Shown here in pieces: positions 1 through 15,000 of a DNA stretch of 64,000 bases. Origin of the DNA: Eledone cirrhosa (Eukaryota); NCBI GenBank assembly GCA_964016885.1, contig OZ024740.1, positions 436,418,001 through 436,482,000 on the forward strand, read 5' to 3'. Under the pieces are notes generated by a model. It ran no database searches and was not told where the DNA came from. It saw nothing but the letters and a program-made list of their open reading frames with translations. Every line of letters starts with the position of its first letter. Within the stretch, counting starts at the first letter, position 1. The translations under genes and the position numbers were made by a program.

Positions 1-3000
1 TGTCTCAGATGTGAGAGCAGTGTCTTTGTCTCAGATGTGGGAGCAGTGTCATTGTCTCAGATGTGAGAGCAGTGTTATTGTCTCAGATGTGGGAGCAGCG
101 TCATTGTCTCAGATGTTAGAGCAGTCAGTGTCATTGTCTCAGATGTGAGAGCAGTGTCATTGTCTTAGATGTGGGAGCAGTGTTTTTTTCTCAGATGTGA
201 GAGCAGTGTCATTGTCTTAGATGTGGGAGCAGTGTCATTGTCTCAGATGTGAGAGCAGTGTTATTGTCTCAGATGTGGGAGCAGTGTCATTGTCTCAGAT
301 GTTAGAGCAGTCACTGTCATTGTCTCAGATGTGAGAGCAGTGTCTTTGTCTCAGATGTGAGAGCAGTGTCATTGTCTCAGATATTAGAGCAGTCAGTGTC
401 ATTGTCTCAGATGTGAGAGCAGTGTCTTTGTCTCAGATTTGAGAGCAGTGTCATTGTCTCAGATGTGAGAGCAGTGTCATTGTCTCAGATGTAGGAGCAG
501 TGTCATTGTGTCAGATGTGGGAGCAGTGTCATTGTCTTAGATGTGAGAGCAGTGTCATTGTCTCAGATGTGAGAGCAGTGTCATTGTCTCAGATGTCAGA
601 GCAGTGTCATTGTCTCAGATGTGAAAGCAGTGTCATTGTCTCAGATGTGGGAGCAGTGTCATTGTCTCAGATGTGAGAGCAGTGTCATTGTCTCAGATGT
701 GAGAGCAGTGACATTGTCTCAGATGTGAGAGTAGTGTCATTGACTCAGATGTGAGAGCAGTGTCATTGTCTCAGATGTAGGAGCAGTGTTATTGTCTCAA
801 ATGTGAGAGCAGTGTCATTGTCTCAGATGTGAGAGCAGTGTCATTGTCTCGGATGTGAGAGCAGTGTTATAGTCTCAGATGTGGGAGCAGTGTCATTGTC
901 TCAGATGTTAGAGCAGTCAGTGTCTTTGTCTCAGATGTGAGAGCAGTGTCATTGTCTTCGATGTGGGAGCAGTGTCATTGTCTCAGATGTGAGAGCAGTG
1001 TCATTGTGTCAGGTGTGACAGCAGTGTCATTGTCTCAGATGTGAGATAAGTGTCATTGTCTCAGATGTGGGAGCAGTGTCATTGTCTCAGATATGAGAGG
1101 AGTGTCATTGTCTCAGATTTGAGAGCAGTGTCATTGTCTCAGATGTGAGAGCAGTGTCATTGTCTCAGATGTGAGAGCAGTGTCATTGTCTCAGATGTGA
1201 GAGAAGTGTCATTGTCTCAGATGTGGGAGCAGTGTCATTGTCTCAGATGTGGTAGCAGTGTCATTGTCTCAGATGTGAGAGCAGTGTCATTGTCTCAGAT
1301 GTGAGAGCAGTGTCATTGTCTCAGATGTGAGAGAAGTGTCATTTTCTCAGATGTGGGAGCAGTGTCATTGTCTCAGATGTGAGAGCAGTGTCATTGTCTC
1401 ACATGTGGGAGCAGTGTCATTGTCTCAGATGTTAGAGCAGTGTCATTTTTTCAGATGTGAGAGCAGTGTCATTGTCTCAGATGTGGTAGCAGTGTCATTG
1501 TCTCAGATGTTAGAGCAGTGTCATTTTTTCAGATGTGAGAGCAGTGTCATTGTCTCAGATGTGGGAGCAGTGTCATTGTCTCAGATGTGAGACCAGTGTC
1601 ATTGTCTCAGATGTGAGAGCAGTGTCATTGTCTCAGATATGGGAGCAGTGTCATTGTCTCAGATGTGAGAGCAGTGTCATTGTCTCAAATGTGAGAACAG
1701 TGTCATTGTCTCAGATGTGGGAGCAGTGTCATTGTCTCAGATGTGAGAGCAGTGACATTGTCTCAGATGTGAGAGCAGTGACATTGTCTCAGATGTGGGA
1801 GCAGTGTCATTGTCTCAGATGTGGGAGCAGTGTCATCGTCTCAGATGTGAGAACAGTGTCATTGTCTCAGATGTAGGAGCGGTGTCATTGACTCAGATGT
1901 GGGTGCAGTGTCATTGTCTCAGATGTGAGAGCAGTGTCATTGTCTCAGATGTGGGAGCAGTGTCATAGTCTCAGATGTGGTAGCAGTGTCATTGTCTCAG
2001 ATGTTAGAGCAGTGTCATTGTCTCAGATGTGAAAGCAGTGTCATTGTCTCAGATGTGGGAGCAGTGTCATTGTCTCAGATGTGAGAGCAGTGTCATTGTC
2101 TCAGATGTGGGAGCAGTGTCATTGTCTCAGATGTGAGAGTAGTGTCATTGTCTCAAATGTGAGAGCAGTGTCATTGTCTCAGATGTGAGAGCAACGTTAT
2201 TGTCTCAAATGTAAGAGCAGTGTCATTGTCTCAGATGTGGGAGCAGTGTCATTGTCTCAGATGTGAGAGCAGTGTTATTTCTCAGATGTGGGAGCAGTGT
2301 CATTGTCTCAGATGTTAGAGCAGTCACTGTCATTGTCTCAGATGTGAGAGCAGTGTCTTTGTCTCAGATGTGAGAGCAGTGTCATTGTCTTAGATGTGGG
2401 AGCAGTGTCATTGTCTCAGATGTGAGAGCAGTGTCATTGTCTCGGATTTGAGAGCAGTGTTATTGTCTCAGATGTGGGAGCAGTGTCATTGTCTCAGATG
2501 TTAGAGCAGTCAGTGTCATTGTCTCAGATGTGAGAGCCGTCTCTTTGTCTCAGATGTGAGAGCAGTGTCATTGTCTTCGATGTGGGAGCAGTGTCATTGT
2601 CTCAGATTTGAGAGCAGTGTCATTGTCTCAGATGTGGGAGCAGTGTCATTGTCTCAGATGTGGGAGCAGTGTCATTGTCTCAGATGTGGGAGCAGTGTTA
2701 TTGTCTCAGTTGTGAGAGCAGTGTCATAGTCTCAGATGTGGGAGCAGTGTCATTGTCTCAGATGTGAGAGCAGTGTCATTGTCTCAGATGTGGGAGCAGT
2801 GTCATTGTCTCAGATGTGAGAGCAGTGTCATTGTCTCAGATGTGGGAGCAGTGACATTGTCTCAGATGTGGGAGCAGTGTCATTGTCTCAGATGTGAGAG
2901 CAGTGTCATTGTCTCAGATGTAGGAGCAGTGTCATTGTGTCAGATGTGGGAGCAGGGTCATTGTCTTAGATGTGAGAGCAGTGTCATTTTCTCAGATGTG

Positions 3001-6000
3001 AGAGCAGTGTCATTGTCTCAGATGTGGGAGCAGTGTCATAGTCTCAGATGTGGGAGCAGTGTCATTGTCTCAGATGTGAGAGCAGTGTCATTGTCTCAGA
3101 TGTGAGAGCAGTGTCATTGTCTCAGATGTGAGAGCAGTGTCATTGTCTCAGATGTGAGAGCAGTGTCATTGTCTCAGATGTGGGAGCAGTGTCATTGTCT
3201 CAGATGTGAGAGCAGTGTCATTGTCTCAGATGTGGGAGCAGTGTCATTGTCTCAGATGTGAGAGCAGTGTCATTGTCTCAGATGTGAGATCAGTGTCATT
3301 GTCTCAGATGTGAGAGCAGTGTCATTGTCTCAGATGTGAGAGCAGTGTCATTGTCTCAGATGTGGGAGCAGTGTCATTGTCTCAGATGTGAGAGCAGTGT
3401 TATTGTCTCAGATGTGGGAGCAGTGTCATTGTCTCAGATGTTAGAGCATTCAGTGTCATTGTCTCAGATGTGAGAGCAGTGTCTTTGTCTCAGATGTGAG
3501 AGCAGTGTCATTGTCTCAGATGGGGGAGCAGTGTCATTGTCTCAGATGTGAAAGCAGTGTTATTGTCTCAGATGTGGGAGCAGTCTCATTGTCTCAGATG
3601 TTAGAGCAGTCAGTGTCATTGTCTCAGATGTGAGAGCAGTGTCATTGTCTTAGATGTGGGAGCAGTGTCTTTGTCTCAGATGTGAGAGCAGTGTCATTGT
3701 CTTAGATGTGGGAGCAGTGTCATTGTCTCAGATTTGAGAGCAGTGTCATTGTCTCAGATGTGGGAGCAGTGTCATTGTCTCAGATGTTATAGCAGTCAGT
3801 GTCATTGTCTCAGATGTGAGAGCAGTGTCATTGTCTTCGATGTGGGAGCAGTGTCATTGTCTCAGATTTGAGAGCAGTGTCATTGTCTCAGATGTGAGAA
3901 CAGTGTCATTGTCTCAGATGTGAGAACAGTGTCATTGTCTCAGATGTGGGAGCAGTGTCATATTCTCAGATGTGGTAGCAGTGTCATTGTCTCAGATGTT
4001 AGAGCAGTGTCATTGTCTCAGATGTGAAAGCAGTGTCATTGTCTCAGATGTGGGAGCAGTGTCATTGTCTCAGATGTGAGAGCAGTGTCATTGTCTCAGA
4101 TGTGGGAGCAGTGTCATTGTCTCAGATGTGAGAGTAGTGTCATTGTCTCAAATGTGAGAGCAGTGTCATTGTCTCAGATGTGAGAGCAACGTTATTGTCT
4201 CAAATGTAAGAGCAGTGTCATTGTCTCAGATGTGGGAGCAGTGTCATTGTCTCAGATGTGAGAGCAGTGTTATTTCTCAGATGTGGGAGCAGTGTCATTG
4301 TCTCAGATGTTAGAGCAGTCACTGTCATTGTCTCAGATGTGAGAGCAGTGTCTTTGTCTCAGATGTGAGAGCAGTGTCATTGTCTTAGATGTGGGAGCAG
4401 TGTCATTGTCTCAGATGTGAGAGCAGTGTCATTGTCTCGGATTTGAGAGCAGTGTTATTGTCTCAGATGTGGGAGCAGTGTCATTGTCTCAGATGTTAGA
4501 GCAGTCAGTGTCATTGTCTCAGATGTGAGAGCCGTCTCTTTGTCTCAGATGTGAGAGCAGTGTCATTGTCTTCGATGTGGGAGCAGTGTCATTGTCTCAG
4601 ATTTGAGAGCAGTGTCATTGTCTCAGATGTGGGAGCAGTGTCATTGTCTCAGATGTGGGAGCAGTGTCATTGTCTCAGATGTGGGAGCAGTGTTATTGTC
4701 TCAGTTGTGAGAGCAGTGTCATAGTCTCAGATGTGGGAGCAGTGTCATTGTCTCAGATGTGAGAGCAGTGTCATTGTCTCAGATGTGGGAGCAGTGTCAT
4801 TGTCTCAGATGTGAGAGCAGTGTCATTGTCTCAGATGTGGGAGCAGTGACATTGTCTCAGATGTGGGAGCAGTGTCATTGTCTCAGATGTGAGAGCAGTG
4901 TCATTGTCTCAGATGTAGGAGCAGTGTCATTGTGTCAGATGTGGGAGCAGGGTCATTGTCTTAGATGTGAGAGCAGTGTCATTTTCTCAGATGTGAGAGC
5001 AGTGTCATTGTCTCAGATGTGGGAGCAGTGTCATAGTCTCAGATGTGGGAGCAGTGTCATTGTCTCAGATGTGAGAGCAGTGTCATTGTCTCAGATGTGA
5101 GAGCAGTGTCATTGTCTCAGATGTGAGAGCAGTGTCATTGTCTCAGATGTGAGAGCAGTGTCATTGTCTCAGATGTGGGAGCAGTGTCATTGTCTCAGAT
5201 GTGAGAGCAGTGTCATTGTCTCAGATGTGGGAGCAGTGTCATTGTCTCAGATGTGAGAGCAGTGTCATTGTCTCAGATGTGAGATCAGTGTCATTGTCTC
5301 AGATGTGAGAGCAGTGTCATTGTCTCAGATGTGAGAGCAGTGTCATTGTCTCAGATGTGGGAGCAGTGTCATTGTCTCAGATGTGAGAGCAGTGTTATTG
5401 TCTCAGATGTGGGAGCAGTGTCATTGTCTCAGATGTTAGAGCATTCAGTGTCATTGTCTCAGATGTGAGAGCAGTGTCTTTGTCTCAGATGTGAGAGCAG
5501 TGTCATTGTCTCAGATGGGGGAGCAGTGTCATTGTCTCAGATGTGAAAGCAGTGTTATTGTCTCAGATGTGGGAGCAGTCTCATTGTCTCAGATGTTAGA
5601 GCAGTCAGTGTCATTGTCTCAGATGTGAGAGCAGTGTCATTGTCTTAGATGTGGGAGCAGTGTCTTTGTCTCAGATGTGAGAGCAGTGTCATTGTCTTAG
5701 ATGTGGGAGCAGTGTCATTGTCTCAGATTTGAGAGCAGTGTCATTGTCTCAGATGTGGGAGCAGTGTCATTGTCTCAGATGTTATAGCAGTCAGTGTCAT
5801 TGTCTCAGATGTGAGAGCAGTGTCATTGTCTTCGATGTGGGAGCAGTGTCATTGTCTCAGATTTGAGAGCAGTGTCATTGTCTCAGATGTGAGAACAGTG
5901 TCATTGTCTCAGATGTGAGAACAGTGTCATTGTCTCAGATGTGGGAGCAGTGTCATTGTCTCAGATGTGGGAGCAGTGTTATTGTCTCAGTTGTGAGAGC

Positions 6001-9000
6001 AGTGTCATCGTCTCAGATGTGGGAGCAGTGTCATTGTCTCAGATGTAGGAGCAGTGTCATTGTCTCAGATGTGGGAGCAGTGTCATTGTCTCAGATGTGG
6101 GAGCAGTGTCATAGTCTCAGATGTGGGAGCAGTGTCATTGTCTCAGATGTGAGAGCAGTGTCATTGTCTCAGATGTGAGAGCAGTGTCATTGTCTCAGAT
6201 GTGAGATAAGTGTCATTGTCTCAGATGTGAGAGCAGTGTCATTGTCTCAGATGTGGGAGCAGTGTCATTGTCTCAGATGTGAAAGCAGTGTTATTGTCTC
6301 AGATGTGGGAGCAGTGTCATTGTCTCAGATGTTAGAGCAGTCAGTGTCATTGTCTCAGATGTGAGAGCAGTGTCATTGTCTTAGATGTGGGAGCAGTGTC
6401 TTTGTCTCAGATGTGAGAGCAGTGTTATTGTCTCAGATGTGGGAGCAGTGTCATTGTCTCAGATGTTATAGCAGTCAGTGTCATTGTCTCAGATGTGAGA
6501 GCAGTGTCTTTGTCTCAGATGTGAGAGCAGTGTCATTGTCTTCGATGTGGGAGCAGTGTCATTGTCTCAGATTTGAGAGCAGTGTCATTGTCTCAGATGT
6601 GGGAGCAGTGTCATTGTCTCAGATGTGGGAGCAGTGTCATTGTCTCAGATGTGGGAGCAGTGTTATTGTCTCAGTTGTGAGAGCAGTGTCATCGTCTCAG
6701 ATGTGGGAGCAGTGTCATTGTCTCAGATGTAGGAGCAGTGTCATTGTCTTAGATGTGAGAGCAGTGTCATTGTCTCAGATGTTAGAGCAGTCAGTCTCAT
6801 TGTCTCAGATGTGAGAGCAGTGTCTTTGTCTCGGATGTGAGAGCAGTTTTATTGTCTTAGATGTGGGAGCAGTGTCATTGTCTCAGATGTGGGAGCAGTG
6901 ACATTGTCTCAGATGTGGGAGCAATGTCATTTCCTCAGATGTGAGAGCAGTGTCATTGTCTCAGATGTGAGAGCAGTGTCATTGTCTCAGATGTGAGAGC
7001 AGTGTCATTGTCTCGGATGTGAGAGCAGTGTCATTGTCTCAGATGTGAGAGCAGTGTCATTGTCTCAGATGTAGGAGCAGTGTCATTGTCTCAGATGTGA
7101 GAGCAGTGTCATTGTCTCAGATGTGAGAGCAGTGTCATTGTCTCAGATGTGAGAGCAGTGTCATTGTCTCAGATGTGGGAGCAGTGTCATTGTCTCAGAT
7201 GTGGGAGCAGTGTCATTGTCTCAGATGTGAGAGCAGTGTCATCGTCTCAGATGTGAGAGCAGTGTCATTGTCTCAGATGTGAGAGCAGTGTCATTGTCTC
7301 AGATGTGAGAGCAGTGTCATTGTCTCAGATGTGGGAGCTGTGTCATTGTCTCAGATGTGAGAGCAGTGTCATTGTCTCAGATGTGAGAGCAGTGTCATTG
7401 TCTCAGATGTGAGAGCAGTGTCATTGTCTCAGATGTGGGAGCAGTGTCATTGTCTCAGATGTGGGATCAGTGTCATTGTTTTAGGTGTGAGAGCAGTGTC
7501 ATCGTCTCATATGTAGGAGCAGTGTCATTGTCTCAGATGTGAGAGCAGTGTCATTGTCTCAGATGTGGGAGCAGTGTCATTGTCTCAGATGTGAGAGCAA
7601 TGTCATTGTCTCAGATGTGAGAGCAGTGTCATTGTCTCGGATGTGGGAGCAGTGTCATTGTCTCAGATGTGTGAGCAGTGTCATTGTCTCAGATGTGAGA
7701 GCAGTGTCATTGTCTCAGATGTGAGAGCAGTGTCATTGTCTCAGATGTGAGAGCAGTGTCATTGTCTCAGATGTGAGAGCAGTGTCATTGTCTCAGATGT
7801 GGGAGTAGTGTCATTGTCTCAGATGTGAGAGCAGTGTCATTGTCTCAGATGTAAGAGCAGTGTCATTGTCTCAGATGTTAGAGCAGTCAGTGTCATTGTC
7901 TCAGATGTGAGAGCAGTGTCATTGTCTTAGATGTGTGAGCAGAGTCTTTGTCTCAGATGTGAGAGCAGTGTCATTGTCTTAGATGTGGGAGCAGTGTCAT
8001 TGTCTCAGATGTGAGAGCAGTGTCATTGTCTCGGATGTGAGAGCAGTGTTATTGTCTCAGATGTGGGAGCAGTGTCATTGTCTCAGATGTTAGAGCAGTC
8101 AGGGTCATTGTCTCAGATGTGATAGCAGTGTCTTTGTCTCAGATGTGAGAGCAGTGTCATTGTCTTCGATGTGGGAGCAGTGTCATTGTCTCAGATTTGA
8201 GAGCAGTGTCATTGTCTCAGATGTGGGAGCAGTGTCATTGTCTCAGATGTGGGAGTAGTGTCATTGTCTCAGATGTGAGAGCAGTGTCATTGTCTCAGAT
8301 GTGAGAGCAGTGTATTTGTCTCAGATGTAAAAGCAGTGTCATTGTCTCAGATGTGAGAGCAGTGTCATTGTTTCAGATGTGAGAGCAGTATCATTGTCTC
8401 AGATGTGGGAGCAGTGTCATTGTCTTAGATGTGAGAGCAGTGTCATTGTCTCAGATGTTAGAGCAGTCAGTCTCATTGTCTCAGATATGAGAGCAGTGTC
8501 TTTGTCTCGGATGTGAGAGCAGTGTCATTGTCTTAGATGTGGGAGCAGTGTCATTGTCACAGATGTGGGAGCAGTGACATTGTCACAGATATGGGAGCAG
8601 TGTCATTTCCTCAGATGTGAGAGCAGTGTCATTGTCTCAGATGTGAGAGCAGTGTCATTGTCTCAGATGTGAGAGCAGTGTCATTGTCTCGGATGTGAGA
8701 GCAGTGTCATTGTCTCAGATGTGAGAGCAGTGTCATTGTCTCAGATGTAGGAGCAGTGTCATTGTCTCAGATGTGAGAGCAGTGTCATTGTCTCAGATGT
8801 GAGAGCAGTGTCATTGTTGTCAGATGTGAGAGCAGTGTCATTGTCTCAGATGTGGGAGCAGTGTCATTGTCTCAGATGTGGGAGCAGTGTCATTGTCTCA
8901 GATGTGAGAGCAGTGTCATCGTCTCAGATGTGAGAGCAGTGTCATTGTCTCAGATGTGAGAGGAGTGTCATTGTCTCAGATGTGGGAGCAGTGTCATTGT

Positions 9001-12000
9001 CTCAGATGTGAGAGCAGTGTCATTGTCTCAGATGTGGGAGCTGTGTCATTGTCTCAGATGTGAGAGCAGTGTCATTGTCTCAGATGTGAGAGCAGTGTCA
9101 TTGTCTCAGATGTGAGAGCCGTGTCATTGTCTCAGATGTGGGAGCAGTGTCATTGTCTCAGATGTGGGATCAGTGTCATTGTCTTAGATGTGAGAGCAGT
9201 GTCATTGTCTCAGATGTAGGAGCAGTGCCATTGTCTCAGATGTGAGAGCAGTGTCATTGTCTCAGATGTGGGAGCAGTGTCATTGTCTCAGATGTGAGAG
9301 CAATGTCATTGTCTCAGATGTGAGAGCAGTGTCATTGTCTCGGATGTGGGAGCAGTGTCATTGTCTCAGATGTGGGAGCAGTGTCATTGTCTCAGATGTG
9401 AGAGCAGTGTCATTGTCTCAGATGTGAGAGCAGTGTCATTGTCTCAGATGTGAGAGCAGTGTCATTGTCTCAGATGTGAGAGCAGTGTCATTGTCTCAGA
9501 TGTGGGAGTAGTGTCATTGTCTCAGATGTGAGAGCAGTGTCATTGTCTCAGATGTAAGAGCAGTGTCATTGTCTCAGATGTTAGAGCAGTCAGTGTCATT
9601 GTCTCAGATGTGAGAGCAGTGTCATTGTCTTAGATGTGTGAGCAGTGTCTTTGTCTCAGATGTGACAGCAGTGTCATTGTCTTAGATGTGGGAGCAGTGT
9701 CATTGTCTCAGATGTGAGAGCAGTGTCATTGTCTCGGATGTGAGAGCAGTGTTATTGTCTCAGATGTGGGAGCAGTGTCAATGCCTCAGATGTTAGAGCA
9801 GTCAGTGTCATTGTCTCAGATGTGAGAGCAGTGTCTTTGTCTCAGATGTGAGAGCAGTGTCATTTTCTTCGATGTGGGAGCAGTGTCATTGTCTCAGATT
9901 TGAGAGCAGTGTCATTGTCTCAGATGTGGTTGCAGTGTCATTGTCTCAGATGTGGGAGCAGTGTCATTGTCTCAGATGTGGGAGCAGTGTTATTGTCTCA
10001 GTTGTGAGAGCAGTGTCATCGTCTCTGATGTGGGAGCAGTGTCATTGTCTCAGATGTGAGAGCAGTGTCATTGTCTCAGATGTGGGAGCAGTGTCATTGT
10101 CTCAGATGTGAGAGTAGTGTCATTGTCTCAGAGGTGGGAGCAGTGTCATTGTCTCAGATGTGGGAGTAGTGTCATTGTCTCAGATGTGAGAGCAGTGTCA
10201 TTGTCTCAGATGTAAGAGCAGTGTCATTGTCTCAGATGTTAGAGCAGTCAGTGTCATTGTCTCAGATGTGAGAGCAGTGTCATTGTCTTAGATGTGGGAG
10301 CAGTGTCATTGTCTCAGATGTGAGAGCAGTGTCATTGTCTCGGATGTGAGAGCAGTGTTATTGTCTCAGATGTGGGAGCAGTGTCATTGTCTCAGATGGT
10401 AGAGCAGTCAGTGTGATTGTCTCAGATGTGATAGCAGTGTCTTTGTCTCAGATGTGAGAGCAGTGTCATTGTCTTCGATGTGGGAGCAGTGTCATTGTCT
10501 CAGATTTGAGAGCAGTGTCATTGTCTCAGATGTGGGAGCAGTGTCATTGTCTCAGATGTGGGAGTAGTGTCATTGTCTCAGATGTGAGAGCAGTGTCATT
10601 GTCTCAGATGTGAGAGCAGTGTATTTGTCTCAGATGTAAAAGCAGTGTCATTGTCTCAGATGTGAGAGCAGTGTCATTGTTTCAGATGTGAGAGCAGTGT
10701 CATTGTCTCAGATGTGGGAGCAGTGTCATTGTCTTAGATGTGAGAGCAGTGTCATTGTCTCAGATGTTAGAGCAGTCAGTCTCATTGTCTCAGATATGAG
10801 AGCAGTGTCTTTGTCTCGGATGTGAGAGCAGTGTCATTGTCTTAGATGTGGGAGCAGTGTCATTGTCTCAGATGTGGGAGCAGTGACATTGTCACAGATA
10901 TGGGAGCAGTGTCATTTCCTCAGATGTGAGAGCAGTGTCATTGTCTCAGATGTGAGAGCAGTGTCATTGTCTCAGATGTGAGAGCAGTGTCATTGTCTCG
11001 GATGTGAGAGCAGTGTCATTGTCTCAGATGTGAGAGCAGTGTCATTGTCTCAGATGTAGGAGCAGTGTCATTGTCTCAGATGTGAGAGCAGTGTCATTGT
11101 CTCAGATGTGAGAGCAGTGTCATTGTTGTCAGATGTGAGAGCAGTGTCATTGTCTCAGATGTGGGAGCAGTGTCATTGTCTCAGATGTGGGAGCAGTGTC
11201 ATTGTCTCAGATGTGAGAGCAGTGTCATCGTCTCAGATGTGAGAGCAGTGTCATTGTCTCAGATGTGAGAGCAGTGTCATTGTCTCAGATGTGGGAGCAG
11301 TGTCATTGTCTCAGATGTGAGAGCAGTGTCATTGTCTCAGATGTGGGAGCTGTGTCATTGTCTCAGATGTGAGAGCAGTGTCATTGTCTCAGATGTGAGA
11401 GCAGTGTCATTGTCTCAGATGTGAGAGCCGTGTCATTGTCTCAGATGTGGGAGCAGTGTCATTGTCTCAGATGTGGGATCAGTGTCACTGTCTTAGATGT
11501 GAGAGCAGTGTCATTGTCTCAGATGTAGGAGCAGTGTCATTGTCTCAGATGTGAGAGCAGTGTCATTGTCTCAGATGTGGGAGCAGTGTCATTGTCTCAG
11601 ATGTGAGAGCAATGTCATTGTCTCAGATGTGAGAGCAGTGTCATTGTCTCGGATGTGGGAGCAGTGTCATTGTCTCAGATGTGGGAGCAGTGTCATTGTC
11701 TCAGATGTGAGAGCAGTGTCATTGTCTCAGATGTGAGAGCAGTGTCATTGTCTCAGATGTGAGAGCAGTGTCATTGTCTCAGATGTGAGAGCAGTGTCAT
11801 TGTCTCAGATGTGGGAGTAGTGTCATTGTCTCAGATGTGAGAGCAGTGTCATTGTCTCAGATGTAAGAGCAGTGTCATTGTCTCAGATGTTAGAGCAGTC
11901 AGTGTCATTGTCTCAGATGTGTGAGCAGTGTCTTTGTCTCAGATGTGAGAGCAGTGTCATTGTCTTAGATGTGGGAGCAGTGTCATTGTCTCAGATGTGA

Positions 12001-15000
12001 GAGCAGTGTCATTGTCTCGGATGTGAGAGCAGTGTTATTGTCTCAGATGTGGGAGCAGTGTCAATGTCTCAGATGTTAGAGCAGTCAGTGTCATTGTCTC
12101 AGATGTGAGAGCAGTGTCTTTGTCTCAGATGTGAGAGCAGTGTCATTTTCTTCGATGTGGGAGCAGTGTCATTGTCTCAGATTTGAGAGCAGTGTCATTG
12201 TATCAGATGTGGTTGCAGTGTCATTGTCTCAGATGTGGGAGCAGTGTCATTGTCTCAGATGTGGGAGCAGTGTTATTGTCTCAGTTGTGAGAGCAGTGTC
12301 ATCGTCTCTGATGTGGGAGCAGTGTCATTGTCTCAGATGTGAGAGCAGTGTCATTGTCTCAGATGTGGGAGCAGTGTCATTGTCTCAGATGTGAGAGTAG
12401 TGTCATTGTCTCAGAGGTGGGAGCAGTGACATTGTCTCAGATGTGGGAGCAGTGTCATTGTCTCAGATGTGAGAGCAGTGTCATTGTCTCAGATGTAGGA
12501 GCAGTGTCATTGTCTCAGATGTGGGAGCAGTGTCATTGTCTCAGATGTGAGAGCAGTGTCATTGTCTCAGATGTGGGAGCAGTGTCATTGTCTCAGATGT
12601 GAGAGCAGTGTCATTGTCTCAGATGTGGGAGCAGTGTCATTGTCTCAGATGTGGGAGCAGTGTCATTGTCTCAGATGTGGGAGCAGTGTCATTGTCTCAG
12701 ATGTGAGAGCAGTGTCATTGTCTCAGATGTGAGAGCAGTGTCATTGTCTCAGATGTGAGAGCAGTGTCTTTGTCTCAGATGTGGGAGCAGTGTCATTGTC
12801 TCAGATGTGAGAGCAGTGTTATTGTCTCAGATGTGGGAGCAGTGTCATTGTCTCAGATGTTAGAGCAGTCAGTGTCATTGTCTCAGATGTGAGAGCAGTG
12901 TCTTTGTCTCAGATGTGAGAGCAGTGTCATTGTCTCAGATGTGGGAGCAGTGTCATTGTCTCAGATGTGAGAGCAGTTTTATTGTCTCAGATGTGGGAGC
13001 AGTGTCTTTGTCTCAGATGTGAGAGCAGTGTCATTGTCTTAGCTGTGGGAGCAGTGTCATTGTCTCAGATGTGGGAGCAGTGTCATTGTCTCGGATGTGA
13101 GAGCAGTGTTATTGTCTCAGATGTGGGAGCAGTGTCATTGTGTCAGATATTAGAGCAGTCAGTGTCATTGTCTCAGATGTGAGAACAGTGTCTTTGTCTC
13201 AGATGTGAGAGCAGTGTCATTGTCTCAGATGTGGGAGCAGTGTCATTGTCTCAGATGTGAGAGCAGTGTCATTGTCTCAGATGTGGGAGCAGTGTCATTG
13301 TCTCAGATGTGAGAGCAGTGTCATTGTCTCAGATGTGAGAGCAGTGTCATCGTCTCAGATGTGGGAGCAGTGTCATTGTCTCAGATGTGAGAGCAGTGTC
13401 ATTGTCTCAGATGTGAGAGCAGTGTCATTGTCTCAGATGTGAGAGCAGTGTCATTGTCTCAGATGTGAGAGCAGTGTCATTGTCTCAGATGTGGGAGTAG
13501 TGTCATTGTCTCAGATGTGAGAGCAGTGTCATTGTCTCAGATGTAAGAGCAGTGTCATTGTCTCAGATGTTAGAGCAGTCAGTGTCATTGTCTCAGATGT
13601 GAGAGCAGTGTCATTGTCTTAGATGTGTGAGCAGTGTCTTTGTCTCAGATGTGACAGCAGTGTCATTGTCTTAGATGTGGGAGCAGTGTCATTGTCTCAG
13701 ATGTGAGAGCAGTGTCATTGTCTCGGATGTGAGAGCAGTGTTATTGTCTCAGATGTGGGAGCAGTGTCAATGTCTCAGATGTTAGAGCAGTCAGTGTCAT
13801 TGTCTCAGATGTGAGAGCAGTGTCTTTGTCTCAGATGTGAGAGCAGTGTCATTTTCTTCGATGTGGGAGCAGTGTCATTGTCTCAGATTTGAGAGCAGTG
13901 TCATTGTCTCAGATGTGGTTGCAGTGTCATTGTCTCAGATGTGGGAGCAGTGTCATTGTCTCAGATGTGGGAGCAGTGTTATTGTCTCAGTTGTGAGAGC
14001 AGTGTCATCGTCTCTGATGTGGGAGCAGTGTCATTGTCTCAGATGTGAGAGCAGTGTCATTGTCTCAGATGTGGGAGCAGTGTCATTGTCTCAGATGTGA
14101 GAGTAGTGTCATTGTCTCAGAGGTGGGAGCAGTGTCATTGTCTCAGATGTGGGAGTAGTGTCATTGTCTCAGATGTGAGAGCAGTGTCATTGTCTCAGAT
14201 GTAAGAGCAGTGTCATTGTCTCAGATGTTAGAGCAGTCAGTGTCATTGTCTCAGATGTGAGAGCAGTGTCATTGTCTTAGATGTGGGAGCAGTGTCATTG
14301 TCTCAGATGTGAGAGCAGTGTCATTGTCTCGGATGTGAGAGCAGTGTTATTGTCTCAGATGTGGGAGCAGTGTCATTGTCTCAGATGGTAGAGCAGTCAG
14401 TGTGATTGTCTCAGATGTGATAGCAGTGTCTTTGTCTCAGATGTGAGAGCAGTGTCATTGTCTTCGATGTGGGAGCAGTGTCATTGTCTCAGATTTGAGA
14501 GCAGTGTCATTGTCTCAGATGTGGGAGCAGTGTCATTGTCTCAGATGTGGGAGTAGTGTCATTGTCTCAGATGTGAGAGCAGTGTCATTGTCTCAGATGT
14601 GAGAGCAGTGTATTTGTCTCAGATGTAAAAGCAGTGTCATTGTCTCAGATGTGAGAGCAGTGTCATTGTTTCAGATGTGAGAGCAGTGTCATTGTCTCAG
14701 ATGTGGGAGCAGTGTCATTGTCTTAGATGTGAGAGCAGTGTCATTGTCTCAGATGTTAGAGCAGTCAGTCTCATTGTCTCAGATATGAGAGCAGTGTCTT
14801 TGTCTCGGATGTGAGAGCAGTGTCATTGTCTTAGATGTGGGAGCAGTGTCATTGTCTCAGATGTGGGAGCAGTGACATTGTCACAGATATGGGAGCAGTG
14901 TCATTTCCTCAGATGTGAGAGCAGTGTCATTGTCTCAGATGTGAGAGCAGTGTCATTGTCTCAGATGTGAGAGCAGTGTCATTGTCTCGGATGTGAGAGC